Shown here piece by piece: positions 1 through 8,459 of a stretch of 32,000 nucleotides of DNA. Origin of the DNA: Haloferax volcanii DS2 (GTDB lineage Archaea > Halobacteriota > Halobacteria > Halobacteriales > Haloferacaceae). The position numbers were made by a program, and so were the translations under genes. The notes under the pieces were generated by a model, which had not been told where the DNA came from, searched no databases, and worked only from the letters and a program-made list of their open reading frames with translations. Location: NCBI RefSeq assembly GCF_000025685.1, contig NC_013967.1, forward strand, positions 1,410,001 to 1,442,000, given 5' to 3'. How positions within the stretch are numbered: position 1 is the first letter of the stretch; each line of letters begins with the position of its first letter.

Positions 1-2
1 GT

Positions 3-1403
3 TGGGTCGAACACGACGCAAACGAGATTTGGGACAACACGAAGCAGGTCATCGACGCGGCGCTTTCGAGCGCCGGGCTCGACGCCGAGCAGTTAGAAGC
101 CATCGGCATCACGAACCAGCGCGAGACGACGCTCGTCTGGGACCGTGAGACCGGACAGCCGATTCACAACGCCATCGTCTGGCAGGACCGTCGGACGACC
201 GACCGCATCGAGACGCTCGAAGCGGAGGGCAAGACCGACGACGTGCGCGCGAAGACGGGGCTCGAACCCGACGCGTACTTCTCTGCGACGAAAGCCGAGT
301 GGCTGCTGGACAACTCCGACCCCATCAAGCTCCAGCGCTCCCGACCCGAAGATATCCGAGACCGCGCCGCCGACGGCGAACTCGCCTTCGGGACCATCGA
401 CACGTGGCTCATCTACAATCTGACGGGGAACCACATCACGGACGTGACGAACGCGTCGCGGACCATGCTGTTCAACATCCACGACATGGAGTGGGACGAC
501 GAACTCCTCGACGAGTTCAACGTCCCGCGCGAACTCCTCCCCGAGGTCCGCCCGTCGTCCGACGACGACTACTACGGCACGACCGACGCCGACGGCTTCC
601 TCGGCGCGGAAGTCCCCGTCGCCGGCGCGCTCGGTGACCAGCAGGCCGCGCTGTTCGGCCAGACCTGTTTCGACGCCGGCGACGCGAAGAACACCTACGG
701 CACCGGCTCGTTCATGCTGATGAACACCGGCGACGAGGCGGTCATGTCCGAACACGGCCTCCTCACTACCGTCGGCTTCCAGCGCTCCGGTGAGCCGGTC
801 CAGTACGCCCTCGAAGGCTCCATCTTCATCACGGGCGCGGCTATCGAGTGGCTCGAAGACATGACGCTCATCGACAACGCCGCCGAGTCCGAGAAGCTCG
901 CTCGGTCGGTCGAATCCACCGACGGCGTCTACTTCGTCCCCGCGTTCACGGGCCTCGGTGCGCCCCACTGGGACCAGCGCGCCCGCGGTACCATCGTCGG
1001 TATGACCCGCGGCACCCGCCGCGAGCACATCGTCCGCGCGACGCTCGAATCCATCGCGTTCCAGACGCGCGACGTGGCCGAGGCGATGGAGTCCGACAGT
1101 GAAATCGACCTCTCCAGTCTCCGCGTCGACGGCGGCGCTGTCAAGAACAACTTCCTCTGTCAGCTCCAGTCGAACATCCTCGACACGGAAATCGTCCGCC
1201 CGCAGGTCGACGAGACGACCGCCCTCGGCGCGGCCTACGCCGCCGGCCTCGCCGTCGGCTACTGGGAGACGCTCGACGAACTCCGCGAGAACTGGCAGGT
1301 CGACCGCGAGTTCGCCCCGAAAGACCCACAGAACGTCGAGCACCGCTACGGCCGCTGGAAAGAGGCCGTCGACCGCTCGCTCGACTGGGCACGGGAGGAA
1401 TAA
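3..1403 (+). CDS. glpK: Glycerol kinase (FGGY family), 5' end outside window
   Basis: The frame is open from the window edge ([21 protein letters not shown]...) and continues into the listed ORF 243..1403. Typical glycerol kinase blocks are present: [48 protein letters not shown]. Stop TAA at 1401-1403. Confidence 0.95.
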   Translation, partial: WVEHDANEIWDNTKQVIDAALSSAGLDAEQLEAIGITNQRETTLVWDRETGQPIHNAIVWQDRRTTDRIETLEAEGKTDDVRAKTGLEPDAYFSATKAEWLLDNSDPIKLQRSRPEDIRDRAADGELAFGTIDTWLIYNLTGNHITDVTNASRTMLFNIHDMEWDDELLDEFNVPRELLPEVRPSSDDDYYGTTDADGFLGAEVPVAGALGDQQAALFGQTCFDAGDAKNTYGTGSFMLMNTGDEAVMSEHGLLTTVGFQRSGEPVQYALEGSIFITGAAIEWLEDMTLIDNAAESEKLARSVESTDGVYFVPAFTGLGAPHWDQRARGTIVGMTRGTRREHIVRATLESIAFQTRDVAEAMESDSEIDLSSLRVDGGAVKNNFLCQLQSNILDTEIVRPQVDETTALGAAYAAGLAVGYWETLDELRENWQVDREFAPKDPQNVEHRYGRWKEAVDRSLDWAREE

Positions 1404-1406
1404 CAC

Positions 1407-2471
1407 GTGTTCGAAGCATTCGCACTCCAGATTCCGGTCATCGGCGTCAGTACCGAGCGGTTCATCGTCCTCCTGCTCGCGGCGTTCGCGGGCGGCATGT
1501 TCGGCGCGGCGCTCGGCGCGCTGCCGTCGTTCATCTTCACCGGCTTCGTCGTGTTGCTCGGCGAGACGGCGGGCATCGTCATCCGACAGTTCGAAGGTGC
1601 CGACCTCGTCACCGCCGGCGAACTCGGCACGGGTATCACCGGCAGTATCGGGTTCGGTCCGTTCGTCGGCCCGCACATCGCCTTCGCCGGCGGCGTCGCC
1701 GCCAGTGCCTACGCGGGCAAGCGGTACGCGGACATGGACCCCAGCGAGGGCGGCTACCACTTCGGTAAGGACATCACGTACGCGTTCGGCACGCAGCCCG
1801 ACATCCTCGCAGTCGGCGGCCTCTTCGGCGTCCTCGGGCTCCTCATCTCCCGCATCGCGGGAGGTATCGGCCTCCCGCTCGACAGCGTCGCACTGTCCGT
1901 CATGACGACGGCGTTCATCGCGCGTATCGCCTTCGGCTACCCGCTCATCGGCTCGCCCGCCGGCAGCGGCCTCCTCGACATGTCGCCGTTCGAGAAGGGA
2001 ACGATGCGCGGCGACGGGAGCGGCCGGCCCGCGACCGAACCGTGGCTCCCCCACCAGTACAAGTGGGTCAACATCGTTGTCATCGGTCTCGGAGCCGGTA
2101 TCCTCGGCGGCTGGACGTGGCTCATCACGGAGAGCTTCTTCCTCGCCTACGGTATCTCCGCGGCCAGCCTGCTGTTCTTGAACCTCGGCGTCGAGAAGAT
2201 ACCCGTCACCCACCACATCACTCTCGGTGGGTCGGCGTTCGGAGCCGTCGCCGCCCCGATGGTCGGCGGGAGCGAACCGCTCATCATCGTCGCCGCCGCG
2301 GTCGGTGGTCTCATCGGCGCGCTGCTCGGCGAGGTCACCCAGCGCGTGGCCTACGCGCACTCCGGAACGCACGTGGACCCACCGGCGATGTCGATTACCA
2401 TCTACTCGCTGCTCATCGGCGTGCTGTTCCTGCTCGGGGTCATCCCGAACTCGGCGTACCTCGGGCTCTAA
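1407..2471 (+). CDS. glpX: Polytopic Gly/Ala-rich membrane protein, putative glycerol permease (not MIP family)
   Basis: The GTG start lies 3 nt after the glpK stop. The 354-aa product has many hydrophobic segments and GC3-rich codons, and no NPA motifs. Its position matches the gene I recall being named glpX in Haloferax, which is unrelated to the bacterial FBPase glpX. The function is not evident from the sequence. Confidence 0.75.
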   Translation: MFEAFALQIPVIGVSTERFIVLLLAAFAGGMFGAALGALPSFIFTGFVVLLGETAGIVIRQFEGADLVTAGELGTGITGSIGFGPFVGPHIAFAGGVAASAYAGKRYADMDPSEGGYHFGKDITYAFGTQPDILAVGGLFGVLGLLISRIAGGIGLPLDSVALSVMTTAFIARIAFGYPLIGSPAGSGLLDMSPFEKGTMRGDGSGRPATEPWLPHQYKWVNIVVIGLGAGILGGWTWLITESFFLAYGISAASLLFLNLGVEKIPVTHHITLGGSAFGAVAAPMVGGSEPLIIVAAAVGGLIGALLGEVTQRVAYAHSGTHVDPPAMSITIYSLLIGVLFLLGVIPNSAYLGL

Positions 2472-2503
2472 ACCCGGACGCCTCCGGCCCCGCACCCGTC
2501 GTT

Positions 2504-2518
2504 CACGATTTTTCTGCG
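2504..2518 (+). promoter_or_regulatory. CACGATTTTTCTGCG element upstream of ptsH2
   Basis: Variant of the CACCGATTTTTCGC element. The T-run centre is 58 nt upstream of the ptsH2 ATG and about 40 nt downstream of the glpX stop. Confidence 0.35.
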
Positions 2519-2568
2519 CCGCGTTCCGCAACCGGTAGCGATAACGCTCCGCGGTCGATACCCGACGT

Positions 2569-2844
2569 ATGGAACGCATCGTCACCGTCGTCCCGAAAGA
2601 CGGCCTGCACGCACGTCCCGCCTCCCAGTTCGTCGAGACCGCGAACTCCTTCGACGCCGACATCCAACTCGGCCGGGCCGACGAGGACGACCTCGTCCCC
2701 GCCGCCAGCATGCTCGCCGTCACCGGCCTCGGCGTCGGCCACGGCGAGGAGATTCGCCTCGTCGCCGACGGCGACGACGCGGAGGCCGCGCTCGACGCGC
2801 TCGAAGCAGTGCTCTCGACGCCCGAAGCCGGCGACGAAGAATAA
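2569..2844 (+). CDS. ptsH2: Phosphocarrier protein HPr
   Basis: 91 aa with the HPr active-site context VVPKDGLHARPASQFV (His15 equivalent). A TATA-like GATAAC sits about 28 nt upstream of the ATG. Confidence 0.9.
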   Translation: MERIVTVVPKDGLHARPASQFVETANSFDADIQLGRADEDDLVPAASMLAVTGLGVGHGEEIRLVADGDDAEAALDALEAVLSTPEAGDEE

Positions 2845-2855
2845 GAACCGACGGC

Positions 2856-2880
2856 CCGCCGCTCCCGCGGCGGTCTTTTA
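2856..2880 (+). terminator. Hairpin plus T-run downstream of ptsH2
   Basis: CCGCCGC (2856-2862), loop TCCC, GCGGCGG (2867-2873), followed by TCTTTTA. It lies in the 83-nt convergent spacer between ptsH2 and dhaM. Confidence 0.5.
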
Positions 2881-2927
2881 CCGGCACGAATCGACGAACC
2901 GACTCAGTTCGGCCGGTTCAGCGCAGA

Positions 2928-3314
2928 TCAGTTCAGCTTCCGGTAGTCGCGGGCGTCCTCGGCGCGCTCGACGACCGAGTCGAGCGTCGCCTTCTTGCTC
3001 GTCGTCTCGACGGCCGCGTTGAGCGTCCCCTCCAGCACCGGCGCGTCCGCGATGACCGCCTCGGAGTCCATCGCCGTCTCGATGGCGAGCTCCGCGTTCA
3101 TCACGGCGCTGCCGAGGTCGACGAGGACGACGACTCCGTCGCCGTCGTCCGCCTCCTCGATGCCCTCGCGGATGCGGTCCGGCGAGGTTCCGATGCCGTC
3201 TTCGTCGCCGCCGGCGGGGACGATGCGGGCGTTGCCGCCGCCCATCTGCGCCGCGACCTCCGCGATTCCCTCGGCCGCCTTCGCGCTGTGCGAGACGACG
3301 ACGAGGCCAATCAT
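2928..3314 (-). CDS. dhaM: Dihydroxyacetone kinase phosphotransfer subunit DhaM (EIIA-mannose-like domain only)
   Basis: 128 aa. The N-terminus MIGLVVVSHSAKAAEGI has the conserved His of PTS EIIA-Man/DhaM. The start overlaps the dhaL stop as ATGA (3311-3314). Confidence 0.85.
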   Translation of the reverse strand: MIGLVVVSHSAKAAEGIAEVAAQMGGGNARIVPAGGDEDGIGTSPDRIREGIEEADDGDGVVVLVDLGSAVMNAELAIETAMDSEAVIADAPVLEGTLNAAVETTSKKATLDSVVERAEDARDYRKLN

Positions 3315-4009
3315 TCGCCTCTCCCGACCGCGTCTTCGGCCCGCGCGTCGCGGTCGACCTCGCCGTCGAGGTACTCCTCGGCCGTTTCGAGGAGCTCTTC
3401 GAGGATGAACAGCGTGCTCGTCGCGCCGGGGTCCTGATGGCCGACCGAGCGCCAGTCGAGGAACGACGCGCGGCCCTTCATCGCCTTGATGGGGACGGTG
3501 AAGGCGACGCCGCGCTCGGCCGCGTCGACGGCCTTGGCGAGGGCTTCCAGCGGCGGGAGGTCGTCCTGCTCGATAGACTTCTTGTAGGTGTGGACGGCGG
3601 GCACGAGCGCGTCGACCATCGTCTTCGCGCCGACCTGCGCGCCGCCGCGGTCCTTGACCTTGTCGAGGTACGCTTCGGCGAACGCCACCGACGACTCGGC
3701 GGTGATGCCGTCTTCGAGCTCTTGGCTAGCGAACATGATAGAGCCGCCGTAGAGGGGGCCGGAGGCCCCGCCGACGTTCGAGATGAGCGTCGTCCCGACG
3801 TTTTTGACGACCTCGTTCGGCTCCATCTCGACGAACTCCTCGCGCTTGTCGGCGGCCTTGCCGAAGCCGCGTTCCATGTTCGCGCCGTGGTCGGCGTCGC
3901 CGATGGCGGAGTCGAGGTCCGTGAGATACTCCCTCTCCTCGGCGAGGCGCTCCGCGACGTTGTCGAGCGCGTCCAGCACCGCTTCGCGTTGTGTCTCTGC
4001 GTCAGCCAT
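3311..4009 (-). CDS. dhaL: Dihydroxyacetone kinase ADP-binding subunit DhaL
   Basis: 232 aa with the Dak2 domain signature LTDLDSAIGDADHGANMERGF and GGASGPLYG. Confidence 0.92.
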   Translation of the reverse strand: MADAETQREAVLDALDNVAERLAEEREYLTDLDSAIGDADHGANMERGFGKAADKREEFVEMEPNEVVKNVGTTLISNVGGASGPLYGGSIMFASQELEDGITAESSVAFAEAYLDKVKDRGGAQVGAKTMVDALVPAVHTYKKSIEQDDLPPLEALAKAVDAAERGVAFTVPIKAMKGRASFLDWRSVGHQDPGATSTLFILEELLETAEEYLDGEVDRDARAEDAVGRGE

Positions 4010-4062
4010 GGCTGACCTTCGTCGGCCGGGGGTTAATCCCTTGTCCCGCGGGACTGTTCTGC

Positions 4063-4076
4063 CGCGAAAAATCGGT
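4063..4076 (-). promoter_or_regulatory. CACCGATTTTTCGC element upstream of dhaL
   Basis: Exact 14-mer shared with 5202-5215, in the same orientation. The T-run centre is 59 nt upstream of the dhaL ATG. Confidence 0.35.
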
Positions 4077-4120
4077 GACGTGTCGGGGGTCGTCGGCGCG
4101 AGTTCGCTGCGACCGACGAC
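4067..4120 (-). terminator. Hairpin plus T5 between dhaK and dhaL (terminator/attenuator-like)
   Basis: On the minus strand, GTCGTCGG (complement of 4113-4120) pairs with CCGACGAC (complement of 4089-4096) across a 16-nt loop. About 17 nt later comes TTTTT (complement of 4066-4070). Confidence 0.4.
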
Positions 4121-4132
4121 GCGGCGCGTCGC

Positions 4133-5131
4133 TTACTCGGTGACGGTCAGGCCGGGCGTCTCCGCGGGCGCGCCGAGCAGTTCCTTCAACTCGTCGTCGA
4201 CGCGGAGCACGGAGACCGAACAGCCCATCATGTCGAGCGAGGTCATGTAGTCGCCGACCCACGCGTCCCACGTCTCGACGCCGCGGTCGTCGAGGATGGA
4301 CTGGAGCTTGCGGTTGACGATGTACAGCTCCGACAGCGGCGTGCCGCCCATGCCGTTGACCATCGTCACGACCTCCTCGCCCTCGCCGAGGTCGAGGTCG
4401 TCGAGGACGTTCTCGGTCAGGTGTTCGGTAATCTCGTCGGCGCTCATGACGTCGGCGCGCTCGGTGCCCGGCTCGCCGTGGATGCCGATGCCGAGTTCGA
4501 TTTCGTCCTCGCCGAGGTCGAACGTCGGCTCGCCCTTCTCCGGGGTGACACAGGAGGTGAGCGCCATCCCCATCGTCCGCACGTTGTCGACGACCTTCTC
4601 CGCGACCGCCGTGACCTCGTCGAGGTCGCCGCCCGCGGCGGCCTTCGCGCCCGCGCACTTGTGGACGAAGATGGTGCCCGCGACGCCGCGGCGACCCGAG
4701 GTGTACAGCGAGTCCTCGACGGCCACGTCGTCGTTGACGACGACCTGCTCGACGTCGACGCCCTCCATGCCGGCCATCTCGGCGGCGGTGTCGAAGTTCA
4801 TCACGTCGCCCTCGTAGTTCTTGACGACGCAGAGGACGCCCTCGCCCGCGTCCGTCGCCTGAATCATCTCGTTCAACTGGTCGGCCGTCGGGGAGGTAAA
4901 GACCTCACCGGCCGCCGCGCCGTCGAGCATCCCCTCGCCGAGATAGCCCGCGTGCGTCGGCTCGTGGCCCGACCCGCCGCCGGAGACGACCGCGACCTTC
5001 CCCTCGGCCGGCGCGTCGTCGCGGACGAGAACGTTCGTGCCGTCGAGCCGGCGCAGTTCGGGGTGCGCCGCGACCATCCCGTCGAGCATCTCGTCTACGA
5101 CCGCTCCGGGTTCGTTGATGAGTTTTTTCAT
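4133..5131 (-). CDS. dhaK: Dihydroxyacetone kinase DHA-binding subunit DhaK
   Basis: 332 aa with the Dak1 domain: MKKLINEP, VVSGGGSGHEPTHAGYLG, VKNYEGDVMNF. Confidence 0.95.
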   Translation of the reverse strand: MKKLINEPGAVVDEMLDGMVAAHPELRRLDGTNVLVRDDAPAEGKVAVVSGGGSGHEPTHAGYLGEGMLDGAAAGEVFTSPTADQLNEMIQATDAGEGVLCVVKNYEGDVMNFDTAAEMAGMEGVDVEQVVVNDDVAVEDSLYTSGRRGVAGTIFVHKCAGAKAAAGGDLDEVTAVAEKVVDNVRTMGMALTSCVTPEKGEPTFDLGEDEIELGIGIHGEPGTERADVMSADEITEHLTENVLDDLDLGEGEEVVTMVNGMGGTPLSELYIVNRKLQSILDDRGVETWDAWVGDYMTSLDMMGCSVSVLRVDDELKELLGAPAETPGLTVTE

Positions 5132-5201
5132 GACTCACCGTCCCTCACGTTCGATGAGGCCAAAAGTGTTGGTCAGTCGGAAGTCGAGGCGGTCGCCGTC
5201 T

Positions 5202-5215
5202 GCGAAAAATCGGTG
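5202..5215 (-). promoter_or_regulatory. CACCGATTTTTCGC element upstream of dhaK
   Basis: Exact 14-mer shared with 4063-4076. The T-run centre is 76 nt upstream of the dhaK ATG and about 90 nt downstream of the ileS stop. Confidence 0.35.
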
Positions 5216-5296
5216 GTAAGCACCCTCCATTTCGCGGGTCGCGGCGGCGGCCGAACGCCGGCGGCGACCGGGGAGGGACGGAAACGCGCGACCGCC

Positions 5297-8200
5297 TCAG
5301 TCGAGTTGGGTGACCGCGATAGTCACCGACACGTCTTCGACGTCCCACGTCTCGACCGTCTCGCCCTCGGCGCTTCCGAGGTCGAACTCGCGGGCGCGGA
5401 CCTCCTCGGCGATGAGGTCGCTGTTCTCCTCGACGAAGCCGGCGACGCGCTCGTCGTCGACGCCGAGCGACACGTCGATTTCGGCCTCCACGTCGAGGTC
5501 GAGCTGTTTGCGCATCTCCTGAATCCGGCGGATGACGTCGCGGGCGTAGCCCTCGGACTCGATGTCGTCGGTGAGTTCGGTGTCGACGTAGACCGTGCCG
5601 CCCTCGAAGTCGGCACCGCTGACGTGTTTCGGCGGTTCCGCGCGGTACGAGACCATCTCGTCGGTGAGGTCGTACGTCTCGCCGTCGACCTCGACGCCGG
5701 ATTCGACCTCGGCGCGCGAGAGGCCTTCGACTGCCTCCATGATTTTTTGCGCCTCAGCGCCGAACTCCGGCCCGATGACGCTCATCTGCGGCTCGGCCGT
5801 CTCGACGAGTTCGTCGAAGACCTCGACGACCTGCACGTCGCGGGTGTTCACGCGCTCCGCGAGGAGGTCCGAGAGGGCGTCGACCGCCTCGGCGACGTCC
5901 TCGTCGTCGGATTCGACGACGATTCGCGAGACGGGCCAGCGGAGCTTGCGGCCGCCGAGTTGGCGGGCGTGCGCCGCGGCCTCCTCCACGTCGCGGAGGA
6001 CGGCCATGTTGGCCTCCAGTTCCTCGTTTCGGAGCTCCTCGTCGGCCTCGGGGTACGACAGCATGTGGACGGTCGTCTCCGAGCCGTCGAGCCGCTGGTA
6101 CATCCGCTCGGCCATGTAGGGTGCGTAGGGCGCGATGAGCCGGATGGACTCCGAGAGCACCGTCGAGAGCGTGGCGTACGCGCCGAGCTTCGACGCCGAG
6201 TCCTCCTCGTCCCACATGCGCTCGCGGATGGCCTTCACGTAGAAGCGCGACACGTCCTTCGTGATGAAGTCGAGGAGCGTGTTGAGCGCGGTGGAGACCT
6301 CGTAATCGTCCCACGCGTCGGCCATCTCGGCCTCGACGGTCTGGAGCCGCGAGAGCACCCACTCGTCGACGACGGTGAGTTCGCCCGCAGAGAGGTCGGC
6401 CTCGGCGGGGTCGTAGCCGTCGAGGTCCATGTACGGAAGCGGGAAGCGGAAGACGTTCCAGAAGATGTTGAGCGTCGACTGGGTGTCCGCGAGGCCGTCC
6501 CACTCGAACGAGAGGTCGACGCCCTGCTGGTCGTGGCTGAGGAGGTAGGCGCGAAGCGGGTCGCGGCCGGCGCGGTCGATGGCCTCCTCGGGCGTCACGA
6601 TGTTGCCGACGGACTTCGACATCTTGCGGCCGTCCTTGTCGTTGGCGAAGCCGTGCATGATGACCTCCTTGTACGGCGACTCGCCGGTCGCGGCGGTGCC
6701 CATACCGAGCTGCGACCAGAACCAGCCGCGGGTCTGGTCGTGCGCCTCGATGATGAGGTCGGCGGGCCACAGTTCGTCGTAGGCGTCCGTCTCGCCGGGG
6801 AAGTCGAGCGTGCCCCACGTGGCGACCGAGGAGTCTATCCACACGTCGAACACGTCGGGGACGCGCTCGTAGGTGACGCCGTCTTCGGTGATGGTGATGG
6901 GGTCCACCGAGGGGCGGTGGAGGTCCACCGTCTCGGGGTCGATATCCTGGTCGGCGCGCTCGGCCAGTTCCTCTCGCGTGCCGACGACAATCATCTCCTG
7001 TGCGTCCTCGGCGTCGGCGTCCTGCGGAACCCAGATGGGAAGCGGGATGCCCCAGTAACGCTGCCGGGAGACGTTCCAGTCGGGCGCGTCGCTCACGAAG
7101 TCGCGGAAGCGGTTGTCGCGGGCCCACTGCGGGTGCCACTCGGACTCCTCGATGTTGTCGAGGAGCTGTTCTTTCACGTCGGTGACCGTGATGAACCACT
7201 GGTCGGTGGCGAGGAAGATGATGTCCGTGTCACAGCGCCAACAGTGGCCGTAGCGGTGGTCGTGCTCGCCGGCGTGGAGCAGGTGGCCGAGTTCGTCGAG
7301 GTCCTCGATGACCTCCGGGTTGGCGTCGCGGACGAAGGTGCCCGCGTAGTCGCCGCCCTGCTCGGTGAACTCGCCTTTGTCGTCCACGGGGACGAACACG
7401 TCGAGGCCGAGTTCCTGCCCGCGGGCGAAGTCCTCCTGCCCGTGGCCGGGCGCGGAGTGGACGAGGCCCGTGCGGTCGGCCTCGACGTAGTCGGCGGTGT
7501 ACACCTGTCCCGCGCCCTCGAAGTCGGCGTACTCGTCGACCACGCCGTCGAGCGGGTGGTCGTACTCCCAGCCGACCATCTCCTCGCCCGTGACCTCCGA
7601 GAGCACCTCGTAGTCCTCGTAGCGGCCCTTCTTCAGGACCTCCTCGACGCAGGGCTCGGCGAGGTAGAGCACTTCGCTCTCGCCGTCCTTCTCGGCGCGG
7701 ACCTCCTGATACGTCATCTCGCCGTCGACGGCGACGAACGTGTTCGCGGGGATGGTCCACGGCGTCGTCGTCCAGATGACGAGGTTGCCCTCGCGGCCCT
7801 TCAGGGGGAACTTGACGTAGATGGACGGCGAGGTGATTTCGTCGTACTCGACCTCGTTGGCCGCGATGGCGGTCTGACAGCGCGGGCAGTAGTTGACGCT
7901 GCGCTTGCCCTGTTCGACGAGTCCGTTTTCGGCGACCTTCGAGAACGCCCACCACGCGGACTCCATGTACTCGGGCGACAGCGTCTGGTAGGGGTTGTCC
8001 CAGTCCATCCACGCGCCGATGGACTGGAAGTCCTCGTCCATCGCCTCGCGGTTGCGGACGGCGAACTCCTTGCACTTCTGGATGAACTGCTCCATGCCGA
8101 ACTCCTCGATGTCGCGCTTCGAGGTGAAGCCGAGTTCCTCCTCGACTTTGACCTCGATGGGGAGGCCGTGCATGTCGTAGCCGGGGCGGTCCGTGACCTG

Positions 8201-8428
8201 CTGCCCCGTCATGCGCTTGTGCCGGATGACGGCGTCCTTCAGCGTCTTGTTCCACGCCGTGCCGAGGTGCATCTGGCCGGACGTGTACGGCGGGCCGTCG
8301 ACGAAGAAGAACGACGGGTCGTCGGCGTGTGCCTCCTTCGTCGCCTCGTACGCGTCGTTCTCGTCCCAGTACTCGCCGACGACGGACTCCACGTCCGACG
8401 GCGTGTACTGGTCTGCGATGTCTTCCAT
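5297..8428 (-). CDS. ileS: Isoleucine--tRNA ligase
   Basis: Class I aaRS with PPYTSGQMHLGTAWNK (HIGH region), KMSKS and an editing-domain insertion. I place the start at MEDIADQYTPSDVE (ATG 8428) rather than the ORF-track start 8521, because a strong TTTTGATATATAT element lies 20-31 nt upstream of 8428. Confidence 0.93.
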   Translation of the reverse strand: MEDIADQYTPSDVESVVGEYWDENDAYEATKEAHADDPSFFFVDGPPYTSGQMHLGTAWNKTLKDAVIRHKRMTGQQVTDRPGYDMHGLPIEVKVEEELGFTSKRDIEEFGMEQFIQKCKEFAVRNREAMDEDFQSIGAWMDWDNPYQTLSPEYMESAWWAFSKVAENGLVEQGKRSVNYCPRCQTAIAANEVEYDEITSPSIYVKFPLKGREGNLVIWTTTPWTIPANTFVAVDGEMTYQEVRAEKDGESEVLYLAEPCVEEVLKKGRYEDYEVLSEVTGEEMVGWEYDHPLDGVVDEYADFEGAGQVYTADYVEADRTGLVHSAPGHGQEDFARGQELGLDVFVPVDDKGEFTEQGGDYAGTFVRDANPEVIEDLDELGHLLHAGEHDHRYGHCWRCDTDIIFLATDQWFITVTDVKEQLLDNIEESEWHPQWARDNRFRDFVSDAPDWNVSRQRYWGIPLPIWVPQDADAEDAQEMIVVGTREELAERADQDIDPETVDLHRPSVDPITITEDGVTYERVPDVFDVWIDSSVATWGTLDFPGETDAYDELWPADLIIEAHDQTRGWFWSQLGMGTAATGESPYKEVIMHGFANDKDGRKMSKSVGNIVTPEEAIDRAGRDPLRAYLLSHDQQGVDLSFEWDGLADTQSTLNIFWNVFRFPLPYMDLDGYDPAEADLSAGELTVVDEWVLSRLQTVEAEMADAWDDYEVSTALNTLLDFITKDVSRFYVKAIRERMWDEEDSASKLGAYATLSTVLSESIRLIAPYAPYMAERMYQRLDGSETTVHMLSYPEADEELRNEELEANMAVLRDVEEAAAHARQLGGRKLRWPVSRIVVESDDEDVAEAVDALSDLLAERVNTRDVQVVEVFDELVETAEPQMSVIGPEFGAEAQKIMEAVEGLSRAEVESGVEVDGETYDLTDEMVSYRAEPPKHVSGADFEGGTVYVDTELTDDIESEGYARDVIRRIQEMRKQLDLDVEAEIDVSLGVDDERVAGFVEENSDLIAEEVRAREFDLGSAEGETVETWDVEDVSVTIAVTQLD

Positions 8429-8446
8429 ACCCCGTCCTTCTCGCGG

Positions 8447-8459
8447 ATATATATCAAAA
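8447..8459 (-). promoter_or_regulatory. TATA box of ileS
   Basis: The minus strand reads GTTTTGATATATATCC, the most A/T-rich element in an otherwise GC-rich spacer. It is centred about 25-28 nt upstream of ATG 8428. Confidence 0.6.

Noticed and set aside
93-2723. 876-aa minus-strand ORF spanning glpK and glpX
   Set aside because: It is entirely antisense to two recognisable genes. The Arg/Asp/Gly/Val/Glu-rich low-complexity translation is typical of stop-free antisense frames in GC-rich DNA. It has no domain features.
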